Below, piece after piece: positions 20,409 to 28,117 of a DNA stretch of 64,000 bases. The stretch spans positions 1 to 64,000 of the IMG/VR virus record IMGVR_UViG_3300020576_002722; one strand, 5' to 3'. The stretch is from a virus. Its lineage: Duplodnaviria; Heunggongvirae; Uroviricota; Caudoviricetes. Position 1 is the first letter of the stretch. The number at the start of each line of letters is the position of its first letter. A program made the position numbers and the translations under genes. The notes under the pieces are model-generated. The model ran no database searches. It saw only the letters and a program-made list of their open reading frames with translations, and was not told the DNA's origin.

Positions 20409-21521
20409 ATGGAAGTAGTAGTAACGACAGGCCAGGTAGCCATCTACGAGGACACGGTAGCGACCAGCGCACCGGTGATCCTGAACGGGAAGTGCATCAT
20501 CCGCATCGAGTCGATCGACGGGAACAAGTACCAGAACGGTGCGTCCGTTTCCGATCCAGCGCTTCCGTACGACGGAGCGCCGTATACCAGCAACCCGCAA
20601 TGGGTCATCGTGCTCGTGCAGAACGATCGCGCCATCGAGAAGCTGGAGATGGGCAAGATTACCAACCACCTGGGCGACTGGACCAACGACCTGGCTGGCA
20701 CCATTCAGGCAGCCACTGATCTCTCTGTCGCGTTCCAGTCCCCTGGAGGAGGTGGTGGCGGCATCGATACAATAGACGGTGGAACCACTGGATACTCATT
20801 CTCGGCTGGTCCAAACAGCGTTATGACCGGGTCTCCGGTCGTACCAATACCGTACGGACGAACGATATTCGTTGACAACGAATTAGGGTCTGATACCACT
20901 GGGACGCCATACCGATTCGACCTGCCTTATGCTACATTCGCAGCCGCCATCGAGGACGCCTCAAATGGTGACACTGTCGTTCTGCGCCCATCATGCTCGG
21001 ACACGATAGCTGACTCTGTTTCGTCTCCAGGAAGCCTCCATATCGTTATAGAACCAGGGATACATAACAGCTCCATCATCGTGGCTATCACAGAGAGTGC
21101 TACCACGTGGAGCATATACGGTCCAGGTTGTACGATAAACACTGTGACCATCAATGGAGGTTCGAGACTGATAATGACCGTCAGGGGCACGAGCAATGTT
21201 ACTATCCTGGGCTCGTCTATACTTGATCTATACGGAAACGTGGATGGGTACGTTGTCGTATCTGGAACGGTAACCCTGAACAATGGAGTAGCCGGTTCGG
21301 CTATCCAAATAAATGACGGGTCTACCACTACTTTGACCAACTACCACGCAGCGGGTGGCATCGACTGCCCCGGCATAGGCGTTAACGTAGATGCTCGTTC
21401 ATCCAGTACCACAGCCATCACTGGACCTGTCTCTATCAATGGCGACATGTTCACCATAGCATCAGGTGGGGCTGGCTCTGTGGCCACGCAGTCGGCTGAC
21501 GGAAGTTGGACTTGGGTATAA
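20409..21521 (+). CDS. Tailspike-like protein with predicted right-handed beta-helix (370 aa)
   Basis: N-terminal domain shared with the 20114 gene. Gly linker GGGGGG. Repetitive G/T/V/N-rich segments (NVTILGSSILDLYGNVDGYVVVSGTVTLNNG) typical of pectate-lyase-fold depolymerases. Confidence 0.55.
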   Translation: MEVVVTTGQVAIYEDTVATSAPVILNGKCIIRIESIDGNKYQNGASVSDPALPYDGAPYTSNPQWVIVLVQNDRAIEKLEMGKITNHLGDWTNDLAGTIQAATDLSVAFQSPGGGGGGIDTIDGGTTGYSFSAGPNSVMTGSPVVPIPYGRTIFVDNELGSDTTGTPYRFDLPYATFAAAIEDASNGDTVVLRPSCSDTIADSVSSPGSLHIVIEPGIHNSSIIVAITESATTWSIYGPGCTINTVTINGGSRLIMTVRGTSNVTILGSSILDLYGNVDGYVVVSGTVTLNNGVAGSAIQINDGSTTTLTNYHAAGGIDCPGIGVNVDARSSSTTAITGPVSINGDMFTIASGGAGSVATQSADGSWTWV

Positions 21522-21543
21522 TTACAGCACCATCTATCGCAAC

Positions 21544-22017
21544 ATGAGCGTACGACGCATTGAACAGGTCATGATGCAGGTGTTTTCCTTTGGGGACAAC
21601 ACTGTATCCAAGGTGATCACTGTGATCCTGTCGGCGGCAGCTGGATTCATCGCCCCCATCTGGCCTTTCCTGGCCCTGTCGTTCGTGCTTTCCGGATTCG
21701 ACCTGTACACTGGTTGGCGCAAGAGTAAGAAGCTGACCGGATCATCAGTAACATCCAAGGGGCTCGGAGGAACAGTAGAGAAGATTGTCCTGTACAGTCT
21801 GGCCATCCTGCTGGCCGAGGGCGTGCGAGTGGTGTTCGGCCTGGATGACATTTGGGGTCTCAATAAGATGACCTACGTGGTGGCTGGACTGATCGCGTGG
21901 CGTGAGCTTCTGAGTTGTTTTGAGAACATCTCCATAGTGATAGGTTGGGACCTTGTCGGTGAGTTCAAGGAGGCTATAAGGAATGGCGTGGCATCCATCT
22001 TCAGGAGCAAGTCTTAG
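21544..22017 (+). CDS. Holin (toxin-secretion/phage-lysis holin family-like, 157 aa)
   Basis: Two TM helices followed by FDLYTGWRKSKKLTGSSVTSKGLGGTVEKIV, resembling the conserved core of TIGR01593-type holins. Start refined to the first ATG after the upstream stop. Confidence 0.55.
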   Translation: MSVRRIEQVMMQVFSFGDNTVSKVITVILSAAAGFIAPIWPFLALSFVLSGFDLYTGWRKSKKLTGSSVTSKGLGGTVEKIVLYSLAILLAEGVRVVFGLDDIWGLNKMTYVVAGLIAWRELLSCFENISIVIGWDLVGEFKEAIRNGVASIFRSKS

Positions 22018-22543
22018 CGAACTCTTTGTGTAGCCTTTTGGCTGCATCAACGTATGCCTCATGAGCCTTTTGTGGATCGTCAAACACGCCCAGGTAGTAG
22101 TGCTTTTTGTTGGCTCCTATCTGGGCGACCCATTTGTTGCACTCCTTACTCCACGACACCCCTTTGAATCCGCTCTTGTTCCTGGAGTCCATGCTTCGAT
22201 TCATGTTGTTTTGACTCCTAGTAGCGAGCCTGAGATTGGACAGGGAGTTATTCCAGGGGTTATTGTCGATGTGATCAATGACCATTCCTTTGGGGATCAC
22301 CCTCCCCAGCATGGACCAGATGACATGATGCGCCGCCATCCTTTTGTAGTCAACACATACGGTTACCTGAAGGGCGGATCCATCTGGTTTTGTGCTTTTG
22401 CTTCCGGCCACCTTTCCGAGGTCGCGAACAAGGAACGTGTTGTAAGCCTGATTGCTTCCAAAGGACTCTCTTGGGCGCATCTTGAACGTAAGGTCCCCAG
22501 AGATGGGATCATAGTTGAATCGGTCAGAAAGGTTGGTGGTCAT
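22001..22543 (-). CDS. HNH homing endonuclease (HNH_3/AP2-like, 180 aa)
   Basis: Real frame starts MTTNLSDRFNY. HIDNNPWNNSLSNLRLATRSQNNMN HNH_3 motif plus FKGVSWSKECNKWVAQI...YLGVFDDPQKAHEAY AP2-like domain. The longer ORF-track frame is GC-rich read-through. Confidence 0.75.
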   Translation of the reverse strand: MTTNLSDRFNYDPISGDLTFKMRPRESFGSNQAYNTFLVRDLGKVAGSKSTKPDGSALQVTVCVDYKRMAAHHVIWSMLGRVIPKGMVIDHIDNNPWNNSLSNLRLATRSQNNMNRSMDSRNKSGFKGVSWSKECNKWVAQIGANKKHYYLGVFDDPQKAHEAYVDAAKRLHKEFAKTCS

Positions 22544-22765
22544 GCTTGTTTGTAATTGCAATATGCAAACATACGACAAAGTCTTGACGCCACCCCAGCA
22601 AGAAGGCTTGATTTGCATGTTCCGGAAATCGTTGTACATTCGCCGCCGTGGAGCGTAGGTCTGTCTACCATCCCGAGGGGAGAAAGTCTTCGTCAGCCCT
22701 GTCGGTAGGTCTTCGGCAGTACCACCACATCGAGCCCGCTCCCATTCCAACGAAACCACCCACAC

Positions 22766-23770
22766 ATGGCAGGAAAGCAAAGCGTTGCAGGGCAGATCGT
22801 AGAGCAGTATTGCAAGGACTTCCCGAAGATCAACAACGGAAGGCTGGCAAGAAAGATCGCAGAGGAACACCCACAGCTGGGGACCAGTGAGAAGATCCGA
22901 TGGCAGGTAAGGTTCTACCGTCTCCAGGCCGGGAAGACGCACCGCGACACCAGGAAGAAGAACGGTCACGCTCACATGGAGAAGGAGTCCGCTTCGAGCA
23001 ATGTGTACGAGCTTCCTGAGCCACGCATCATTGAGCGGGTCCCGTTCAAGATGCCAAGCTCGATCCGCAAGCTGCTTGTGTTCTCGGACATCCACGTACC
23101 GTACCACGACATGGACGTGGTCAAGCGTGGCATCGAGTTCGGCAAGAGCGAGGGGTGCGATGGGATTCTGCTGAACGGCGACACAATGGATATGTGTGGG
23201 CCATCGTCGCATGATCCGGATCCACGCAGCCTGGACCTTCCGTCCGAGCTGGAGGATGGACGCCAGTTCCTCAGGCACCTGAGGAATAAGTTCCCTAACA
23301 TCCCCATCTACTTCAAGGACGGGAATCACGAGAATAGGCTGGAGCGATATCTGATCAAGCAGGCACCCGTCCTGCTTGGCGTGGATGATTTCGAGCTGCG
23401 CAGCCTGCTCCGCATGGGCGAAGTGGGCATCCAGTGGATCGGCGACAAGCGCCTGTTCCTGGCCGGCAAGCTGGTCATCATACATGGCCACGAGTACAAG
23501 GGCGCGGGTGGTGTCAATCCGGCCAGGTGGCTCTCGCTGCGCACGTCCGGATCGATCATGTGTGGTCACTTCCACCGAAGCTCCTCGCACTTCTCCAAGT
23601 CCATCATGGACGAGATCTCTGGTGCCTGGTCTACCGGATGCATGTGCCACATGAGTCCCGACTACTCACCGTACAACCAGTGGAACCACGGGTTCGCGAT
23701 GGTCCACGTCAACAAGGACAAGACCTTCGAGGTTGAGAACAAGATGATGATCGGTGGCAAGGTACGATGA
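22766..23770 (+). CDS. Calcineurin-like metallophosphoesterase (334 aa)
   Basis: Canonical motifs in order: FSDIHVPYHD, NGDTMD, DGNHENR, IIHGHEY, CGHFH. Confidence 0.8.
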   Translation: MAGKQSVAGQIVEQYCKDFPKINNGRLARKIAEEHPQLGTSEKIRWQVRFYRLQAGKTHRDTRKKNGHAHMEKESASSNVYELPEPRIIERVPFKMPSSIRKLLVFSDIHVPYHDMDVVKRGIEFGKSEGCDGILLNGDTMDMCGPSSHDPDPRSLDLPSELEDGRQFLRHLRNKFPNIPIYFKDGNHENRLERYLIKQAPVLLGVDDFELRSLLRMGEVGIQWIGDKRLFLAGKLVIIHGHEYKGAGGVNPARWLSLRTSGSIMCGHFHRSSSHFSKSIMDEISGAWSTGCMCHMSPDYSPYNQWNHGFAMVHVNKDKTFEVENKMMIGGKVR

Positions 23771-24294
23771 TCGAGAAGCTGCTGGAGATGGCCGTCGAGT
23801 TCGCCGAGAGGCTGACGCCTGTGTACTTCGTCAAGGAGTACCAGCGAGGGGTCATGTTCCGTGGCGGCAGGTTTAAGGGAGAGATCACGCCAGGCACCCA
23901 CTTCAAGTGGCCGATATTCGATGACATCGAAGTGTTCCTGGTGGCCACTACAACGATGGCTCTTCCAGCGCAGAGCGTCACCACCCGTGACGGCCGCAAT
24001 GTAGTGATCAAGTCCAGGATCAAGTACAGGGTAAGCAACGTCAAGGTGTTCGGTGTCGAGGTGGCCGACGCGCTCGATGCACTCAGCGACATGGTGTGCG
24101 GGATCCAGTTCGACCTGATCCGATCGATGACATGGGAGGAGTCGTGCCTGGCCAACCTGGACGAGGTGATCACAGCCGACGCCAAGAAGGAGGCCAAGAA
24201 GTGGGGCATCACCATCGAGAAGGTGACCGTGACCGACTACTCCGAGATGCGATCGATACGCCTGTTCAACGAGGGCGGCAAGGTGACCGACTAA
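23767..24294 (+). CDS. SPFH/band-7 (stomatin/prohibitin-like) domain protein (175 aa)
   Basis: ATGA-coupled to the phosphoesterase. YFVKEYQRGVMFRGGRF...GTHFKWPIFD matches the SPFH fold signature. Confidence 0.7.
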   Translation: MIEKLLEMAVEFAERLTPVYFVKEYQRGVMFRGGRFKGEITPGTHFKWPIFDDIEVFLVATTTMALPAQSVTTRDGRNVVIKSRIKYRVSNVKVFGVEVADALDALSDMVCGIQFDLIRSMTWEESCLANLDEVITADAKKEAKKWGITIEKVTVTDYSEMRSIRLFNEGGKVTD

Positions 24295-24378
24295 CGATTC
24301 GTCACAAAGTACTTGACGTATCAGGAATCTCTCTTACATTTGGGGCGTCATTGTCAATGGGGGTTGGGTTTTGATGGA

Positions 24379-24448
24379 GGCCGTGTAGCTCAGTTGGTAG
24401 AGCAGCCCCGACCGGGGTTGGTCGCAGGTTCGAGTCCTGCCACGGGTT
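24379..24448 (+). tRNA. Aberrant tRNA-like gene (possible pseudo-tRNA)
   Basis: Canonical D-arm (TAGCTCAGTTGGTAGAGC) and T-arm (GCAGGTTCGAGTCCTGC). The anticodon arm is 3 nt short (GCCCC-GACC-GGGGT, a 4-nt loop) and the acceptor has a G-G clash. Confidence 0.3.
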
Positions 24449-24570
24449 CAGGGAGTTCTTTTCTTCATGGTAGCAAAGGCGGGGTGATCACCGCCGAACT
24501 GGTAGTCGGAAGGCCGCAAGCCGGAGACGTTGTACCACATACGGCCTGTTATAGGACTTGGGGCCGTGCC

Positions 24571-24642
24571 GGACGGGTAGCTCAGATGGTAGAGCAGCCG
24601 CCTGAAAAGCGGTGGCCGGTCGTTCGAGTCGACCCCTGTCCA
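24571..24642 (+). tRNA. tRNA-Phe (anticodon GAA)
   Basis: Manual cloverleaf: acceptor GGACGGG/CCTGTCC, D-arm GCTC-AGATGGTA-GAGC, anticodon stem GCCGC/GCGGT with loop CTGAAAA, T-arm GGTCG-TTCGAGT-CGACC. No encoded CCA. Confidence 0.8.
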
Positions 24643-24757
24643 CTATATGGCGGCGTAGCTAACCGCAAAGCTGGCAGATGTTGGGATGAACGCATATACT
24701 CCCGGCCCACGTTCAGAGATGCCACACAGCGCTGCTTTATTGACTCGGGCGCGAAAT

Positions 24758-24829
24758 TGGACAGTAGCACAGCGGTAGTGCAGCTCCCTGTTAAGGAGCA
24801 GGTCGGTGGTTCGATCCCATCCTGTTCAG
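24758..24829 (+). tRNA. tRNA-Asn (anticodon GTT)
   Basis: Acceptor TGGACAG/CTGTTCA, D-arm GCAC-AGCGGTA-GTGC, anticodon stem GCTCC/GGAGC with loop CTGTTAA, T-arm GGTGG-TTCGATC-CCATC. Confidence 0.8.
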
Positions 24830-25069
24830 CAAACAAGCGTGTGCCCTGGCAAGGGTTTTGCTCCACGCCCGAAGTCACACACCCTTCAAGTGTGGCCTAT
24901 GTTTATGGGTGACGCGCCGGAGAGACGGCACCATTAGTAGCCAATGGTCCTGACGGGTAAAGCCGTGGGTAAAGCTACCATCCCGTGGGTGGAAACACGT
25001 GCAATGTGAACCGGCACATGACAGTGTATAAAACAACGGTGACTTGGTGCTTCAGAGAAAGTACCGCCT

Positions 25070-25141
25070 GCGCGGATGGTGTAATTGGTAGCATGTCAGC
25101 CTTCCAAGCTGAGGGTGCGGGTTCAAGTCCCGCTCTGCGCT
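25070..25141 (+). tRNA. tRNA-Gly (anticodon TCC)
   Basis: Acceptor GCGCGGA/TCTGCGC, anticodon stem TCAGC/GCTGA with loop CTTCCAA, T-arm GCGGG-TTCAAGT-CCCGC. Confidence 0.8.
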
Positions 25142-25142
25142 C

Positions 25143-25535
25143 ATGGTGCGAATCGTATCCCATACCAGGATCAAGAAGCTCAGTGGCAAGGGCTACTGGA
25201 TATCGAAGATCTGTGTGCTCGATGAGCGCGGAAACACCGTGTTCGATTGCTACGCCCTGGAGGATGCGGCTGAGTGCCCTCCGGTAGGTACATGGGAGCT
25301 TGTCCTGGAGTACTCGCCCAAGTTCGGCAGGAAGCTGTACGAGATGAAGGGGATACCTGGCAGGGCCGAGATCAAGTACCACGTCGGAAACACCTTGGCC
25401 GACACCGACGGGTGCCCGCTACTCGGAGCCAACTACATCGGCAACACTGTCAATGGATCACGCCTAGCGCTTGATCGATTCATGAGGGCCATGCGTGGCG
25501 TCGACTGCACGACGGTCACCATATCGATCCAATAG
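25143..25535 (+). CDS. Hypothetical protein with H-x-G-N...D-x-G-C motif (130 aa; possible L,D-transpeptidase-fold or cell-wall hydrolase)
   Basis: Starts 2 nt after tRNA-Gly. Has KYHVGNTLADTDGCPLLGANY. Followed by a terminator hairpin. Confidence 0.45.
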   Translation: MVRIVSHTRIKKLSGKGYWISKICVLDERGNTVFDCYALEDAAECPPVGTWELVLEYSPKFGRKLYEMKGIPGRAEIKYHVGNTLADTDGCPLLGANYIGNTVNGSRLALDRFMRAMRGVDCTTVTISIQ

Positions 25536-25571
25536 TCGTACCTTCGCACTCGTGTTCATGTGTGGTCAAGG

Positions 25572-25604
25572 CTCCAGGTCTGAAAGGATCTGGAGTTCTT
25601 GTTT
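25572..25604 (+). terminator. Rho-independent terminator-like hairpin
   Basis: CTCCAG-(12 nt)-CTGGAG followed by TTCTTGTTT. Confidence 0.5.
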
Positions 25605-25637
25605 ATGTGGGCACCAATGCCTATGTTTGACACCCCT

Positions 25638-26354
25638 ATGAGGATCCTGTTCGCTGCCCTGATGCTCGTATCCTTGTTGGTACGCGGGCAATCCACATGC
25701 TCGACGGCAGCTCAGTTCTCGTACGGATGCGAGAACTTCCCACCACTGTATCCGGTTCAGGTGACCAGGTGCTACACCTTCCAGACGGGAGGATCGTCGG
25801 CCTACTACAACTTCTTGGTCACGGCCAACTGCTCCAACGACGTCATCTATTCCTTGTACAACCAAGAGTGCGATGTGCTGATCGACCAGAACATCTCCGG
25901 CGTCTTCAGCCTGATTCCGAATCAGGTGTACGTCGTGTGTGTGGACGTGGCCTGTACCAGCTCGGGCGGTATCAGGGCCATCTGTCCGTACGAGGAGTTC
26001 ACTCTTCCGATCGAGCTGCTCCGCTTCGATGCGCGTGCTGCGCAGGACGGTGTATCGGTGTCGTGGTCCACGGCCACCGAGCAGAACTCCTGGTACTTCA
26101 CCCTGTCCAGGTCCAATGACACGGAGCATTGGAGCCAAGAGGCCCAGATCCAGGCGGCCGGCAACAGCCAGAACACCATCAGGTACCAGTTCGTTGACCA
26201 TGAGCCCGCACTCGGCATCAGCTACTACAAGCTGGAGAGCGTTGACATCGACGGCAGCGCCCGCTTCATCGGCGTGGCCTCGGCCATCATGGTGTCGGGT
26301 GGAATTACATCATCCATTGATCCATACGACCTGATCGGTCGCCAAGTGAAATGA
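25638..26354 (+). CDS. Secreted protein with N-terminal signal peptide and C-terminal beta-rich domain (239 aa from MRILFAAL)
   Basis: Signal peptide MRILFAALMLVSLLVRGQS. Cys-rich mature region. C-terminal ~80 aa (YQFVDHEPALGISYYKLESVDIDGSARFIG...) loosely resembles a Bacteroidota type-IX secretion C-terminal sorting domain. Start set after the terminator. Confidence 0.5.
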   Translation: MRILFAALMLVSLLVRGQSTCSTAAQFSYGCENFPPLYPVQVTRCYTFQTGGSSAYYNFLVTANCSNDVIYSLYNQECDVLIDQNISGVFSLIPNQVYVVCVDVACTSSGGIRAICPYEEFTLPIELLRFDARAAQDGVSVSWSTATEQNSWYFTLSRSNDTEHWSQEAQIQAAGNSQNTIRYQFVDHEPALGISYYKLESVDIDGSARFIGVASAIMVSGGITSSIDPYDLIGRQVK

Positions 26355-26824
26355 AGAACGACCTATTCCCAATGCCCAAGTGGTTCTTTCCGATACTCGT
26401 CACTGCGCTCATTGTGGTGCTGTCCGGGCTTCTCACTTCCTGCTCCCCAGAGAAGAAGCTGAACAGGCTTCTGATGAAGTACCCCGAGCTGCGCACCACC
26501 GACACGATCCATGACACCGTCGAGGCGATCGTGTCGTACGTACACACGGACACCGTATTCAAGCCGACCACGGGTGACACCGTTCGCCTGAGCGATGGCC
26601 GCCTGCGCGTGAAGTACGTGCGGATGCCGGGTGACACCGTATACCTGGCCGGAGAGTGCCTGGCTGACACCGTGCGCGTTCCGGTGGAGACCATCGTCGA
26701 ACGCGTGGCCCCCAAGGAGTTCGTAGACCGGACCCCCTGGTGGATCTGGCTGATCATCGCTGTGCTCGCCGCATTGGTAGCGCTGCCAAGGGTAACACAA
26801 TCGATCGCTATCCTGAGGAAGTGA
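26351..26824 (+). CDS. Lipoprotein with DTV repeats and C-terminal TM helix (157 aa)
   Basis: ATGA overlap with the upstream gene. Lipobox LLTSCS. DTV recurs every 8-10 residues (HDTVEAIV..HTDTVFKP..GDTVRLSD..GDTVYLAG..ADTVRVPV). C-terminal hydrophobic helix. Confidence 0.55.
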   Translation: MKNDLFPMPKWFFPILVTALIVVLSGLLTSCSPEKKLNRLLMKYPELRTTDTIHDTVEAIVSYVHTDTVFKPTTGDTVRLSDGRLRVKYVRMPGDTVYLAGECLADTVRVPVETIVERVAPKEFVDRTPWWIWLIIAVLAALVALPRVTQSIAILRK

Positions 26825-26965
26825 GAGGATACGTAGCGCGGATACAGTACACGGTATCCGAACGGATGGGCGAGTTCCCTCCACTGGACAAACAAGAACC
26901 ATACACATACGAACATGGCAAGACCAAGGCAGGAGGCATCGACATCACAGTCGAGCCGGGAGAAG

Positions 26966-27133
26966 ATGGACAGGAGCATGACGCTCGTGTTCAGGAACGG
27001 AGCGAGGCATGTAGTCCACCCGACCAAGGCGTTCGAGGGTGACTGGAGGGGCCTGGCCGACTACATCGCCGGTGGCGAGCCGTACCAGATCGAGCGCCAA
27101 GTGAAACACGAAACACCTGAACCGAAGCAATGA
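26966..27133 (+). CDS. Small hypothetical protein (55 aa)
   Basis: ATG preceded by GGGAGAAG. Ends 3 nt before the next gene. Confidence 0.35.
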   Translation: MDRSMTLVFRNGARHVVHPTKAFEGDWRGLADYIAGGEPYQIERQVKHETPEPKQ

Positions 27134-27474
27134 GCACACAGATGGAGTTCCCTGGAGAGGGGCAATTCAAGGCCGAAATTCCCAAGGACTTCGACCCCAA
27201 GCAGATGATCGCTGACGCGGTCGATAAGCTGGAGGAGGAGATCCAACTCCCAAGGTCATTCCCAGGGATCCTGATGGTGGACCACAAGTTCACCGATGAC
27301 CCGGCCGTCAAGTACGAGCGTGCTCACGAGAAGAGGCGACTGAAGGCGTACCTCAAGGGACACCAGCGGTTCCAGCACGGGTGGCAGCCGGCCTATCCGA
27401 TCGGCCGCAGGCCCATCATGTTCCCCATGTACGAGGGACCCAAGAACGACAAACCAACACAAGCAAAAGCATGA
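27130..27474 (+). CDS. Hypothetical protein (114 aa)
   Basis: ATGA-coupled on both sides. Confidence 0.5.
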   Translation: MSTQMEFPGEGQFKAEIPKDFDPKQMIADAVDKLEEEIQLPRSFPGILMVDHKFTDDPAVKYERAHEKRRLKAYLKGHQRFQHGWQPAYPIGRRPIMFPMYEGPKNDKPTQAKA

Positions 27475-27692
27475 GAGAGCTGACCATTGGAGAGAAGCGG
27501 GTTCGCATTGAGTTCAACCCGAGCAACCAGGATAATGTCTTCCGGGTGAAGACCAAGATCGCAGAGCTGATCAATGAAGCAGAGGCCATCAAGGCTACGG
27601 TAACTGATCCTGAGGCAAAGCGTCTCGCAGCTCTCGCCTCCACTGATCTTGAGAACGCGGCCATGTGGCTGGTGAAAGCACTTACGGCATGA
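27471..27692 (+). CDS. Small hypothetical protein (73 aa)
   Basis: ATGA overlap at both ends. Start refined from 27381. Confidence 0.45.
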   Translation: MRELTIGEKRVRIEFNPSNQDNVFRVKTKIAELINEAEAIKATVTDPEAKRLAALASTDLENAAMWLVKALTA

Positions 27693-28117
27693 GCAACGGA
27701 AGGATCATCGCCATCGATTTCGATGGCACATGCGTAACGCATGAGTACCCGAAGGTCGGAAAGGACATCGGCGCTGTGCCCGTCCTGAAGGCGCTGGTAG
27801 AGGCTGGACATGCCCTGATCCTGTACACGATGCGATCAGGTCAGACGCTCAATGATGCAGCCGACTGGTTCCGAAGGAACGGGATAGGGCTGACGGCCGT
27901 AAACGTGAACCCGTTCCAGTCTACCTGGTCCAGCTCGCCCAAGGTGTACGCTCAGTTGTACATCGATGACGCAGGGTTCGGGGCACCACTGGTGCTTCCG
28001 GATGGAGAACAGCGTCCGCACATTGATTGGGCGTTGGCTGAGAACTGGCTACGCCTGGCCGGGTACCTTCCCCAAGTCAAGGAAGCCAAGCAAGAAGAAC
28101 AAACCACCGAAGTATGA
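27689..28117 (+). CDS. HAD-superfamily phosphatase-like protein (142 aa)
   Basis: IIAIDFDGTCV carries the DxDGT HAD motif I, as in polynucleotide kinase 3'-phosphatase and deoxynucleotidase domains. Start refined to the ATGA overlap. Confidence 0.5.
   Translation: MSNGRIIAIDFDGTCVTHEYPKVGKDIGAVPVLKALVEAGHALILYTMRSGQTLNDAADWFRRNGIGLTAVNVNPFQSTWSSSPKVYAQLYIDDAGFGAPLVLPDGEQRPHIDWALAENWLRLAGYLPQVKEAKQEEQTTEV

Noticed and set aside
22061-22555. 164-aa plus-strand ORF overlapping the HNH gene
   Set aside because: It is antisense to a motif-rich HNH/AP2 gene, and its translation is featureless.
24453-24757. Additional tRNAs in the ~100-nt gaps between the annotated tRNAs
   Set aside because: Hairpins are present (for example GGCGG-GGTGATCA-CCGCC), but I found no T-loop consensus or cloverleaf by hand.
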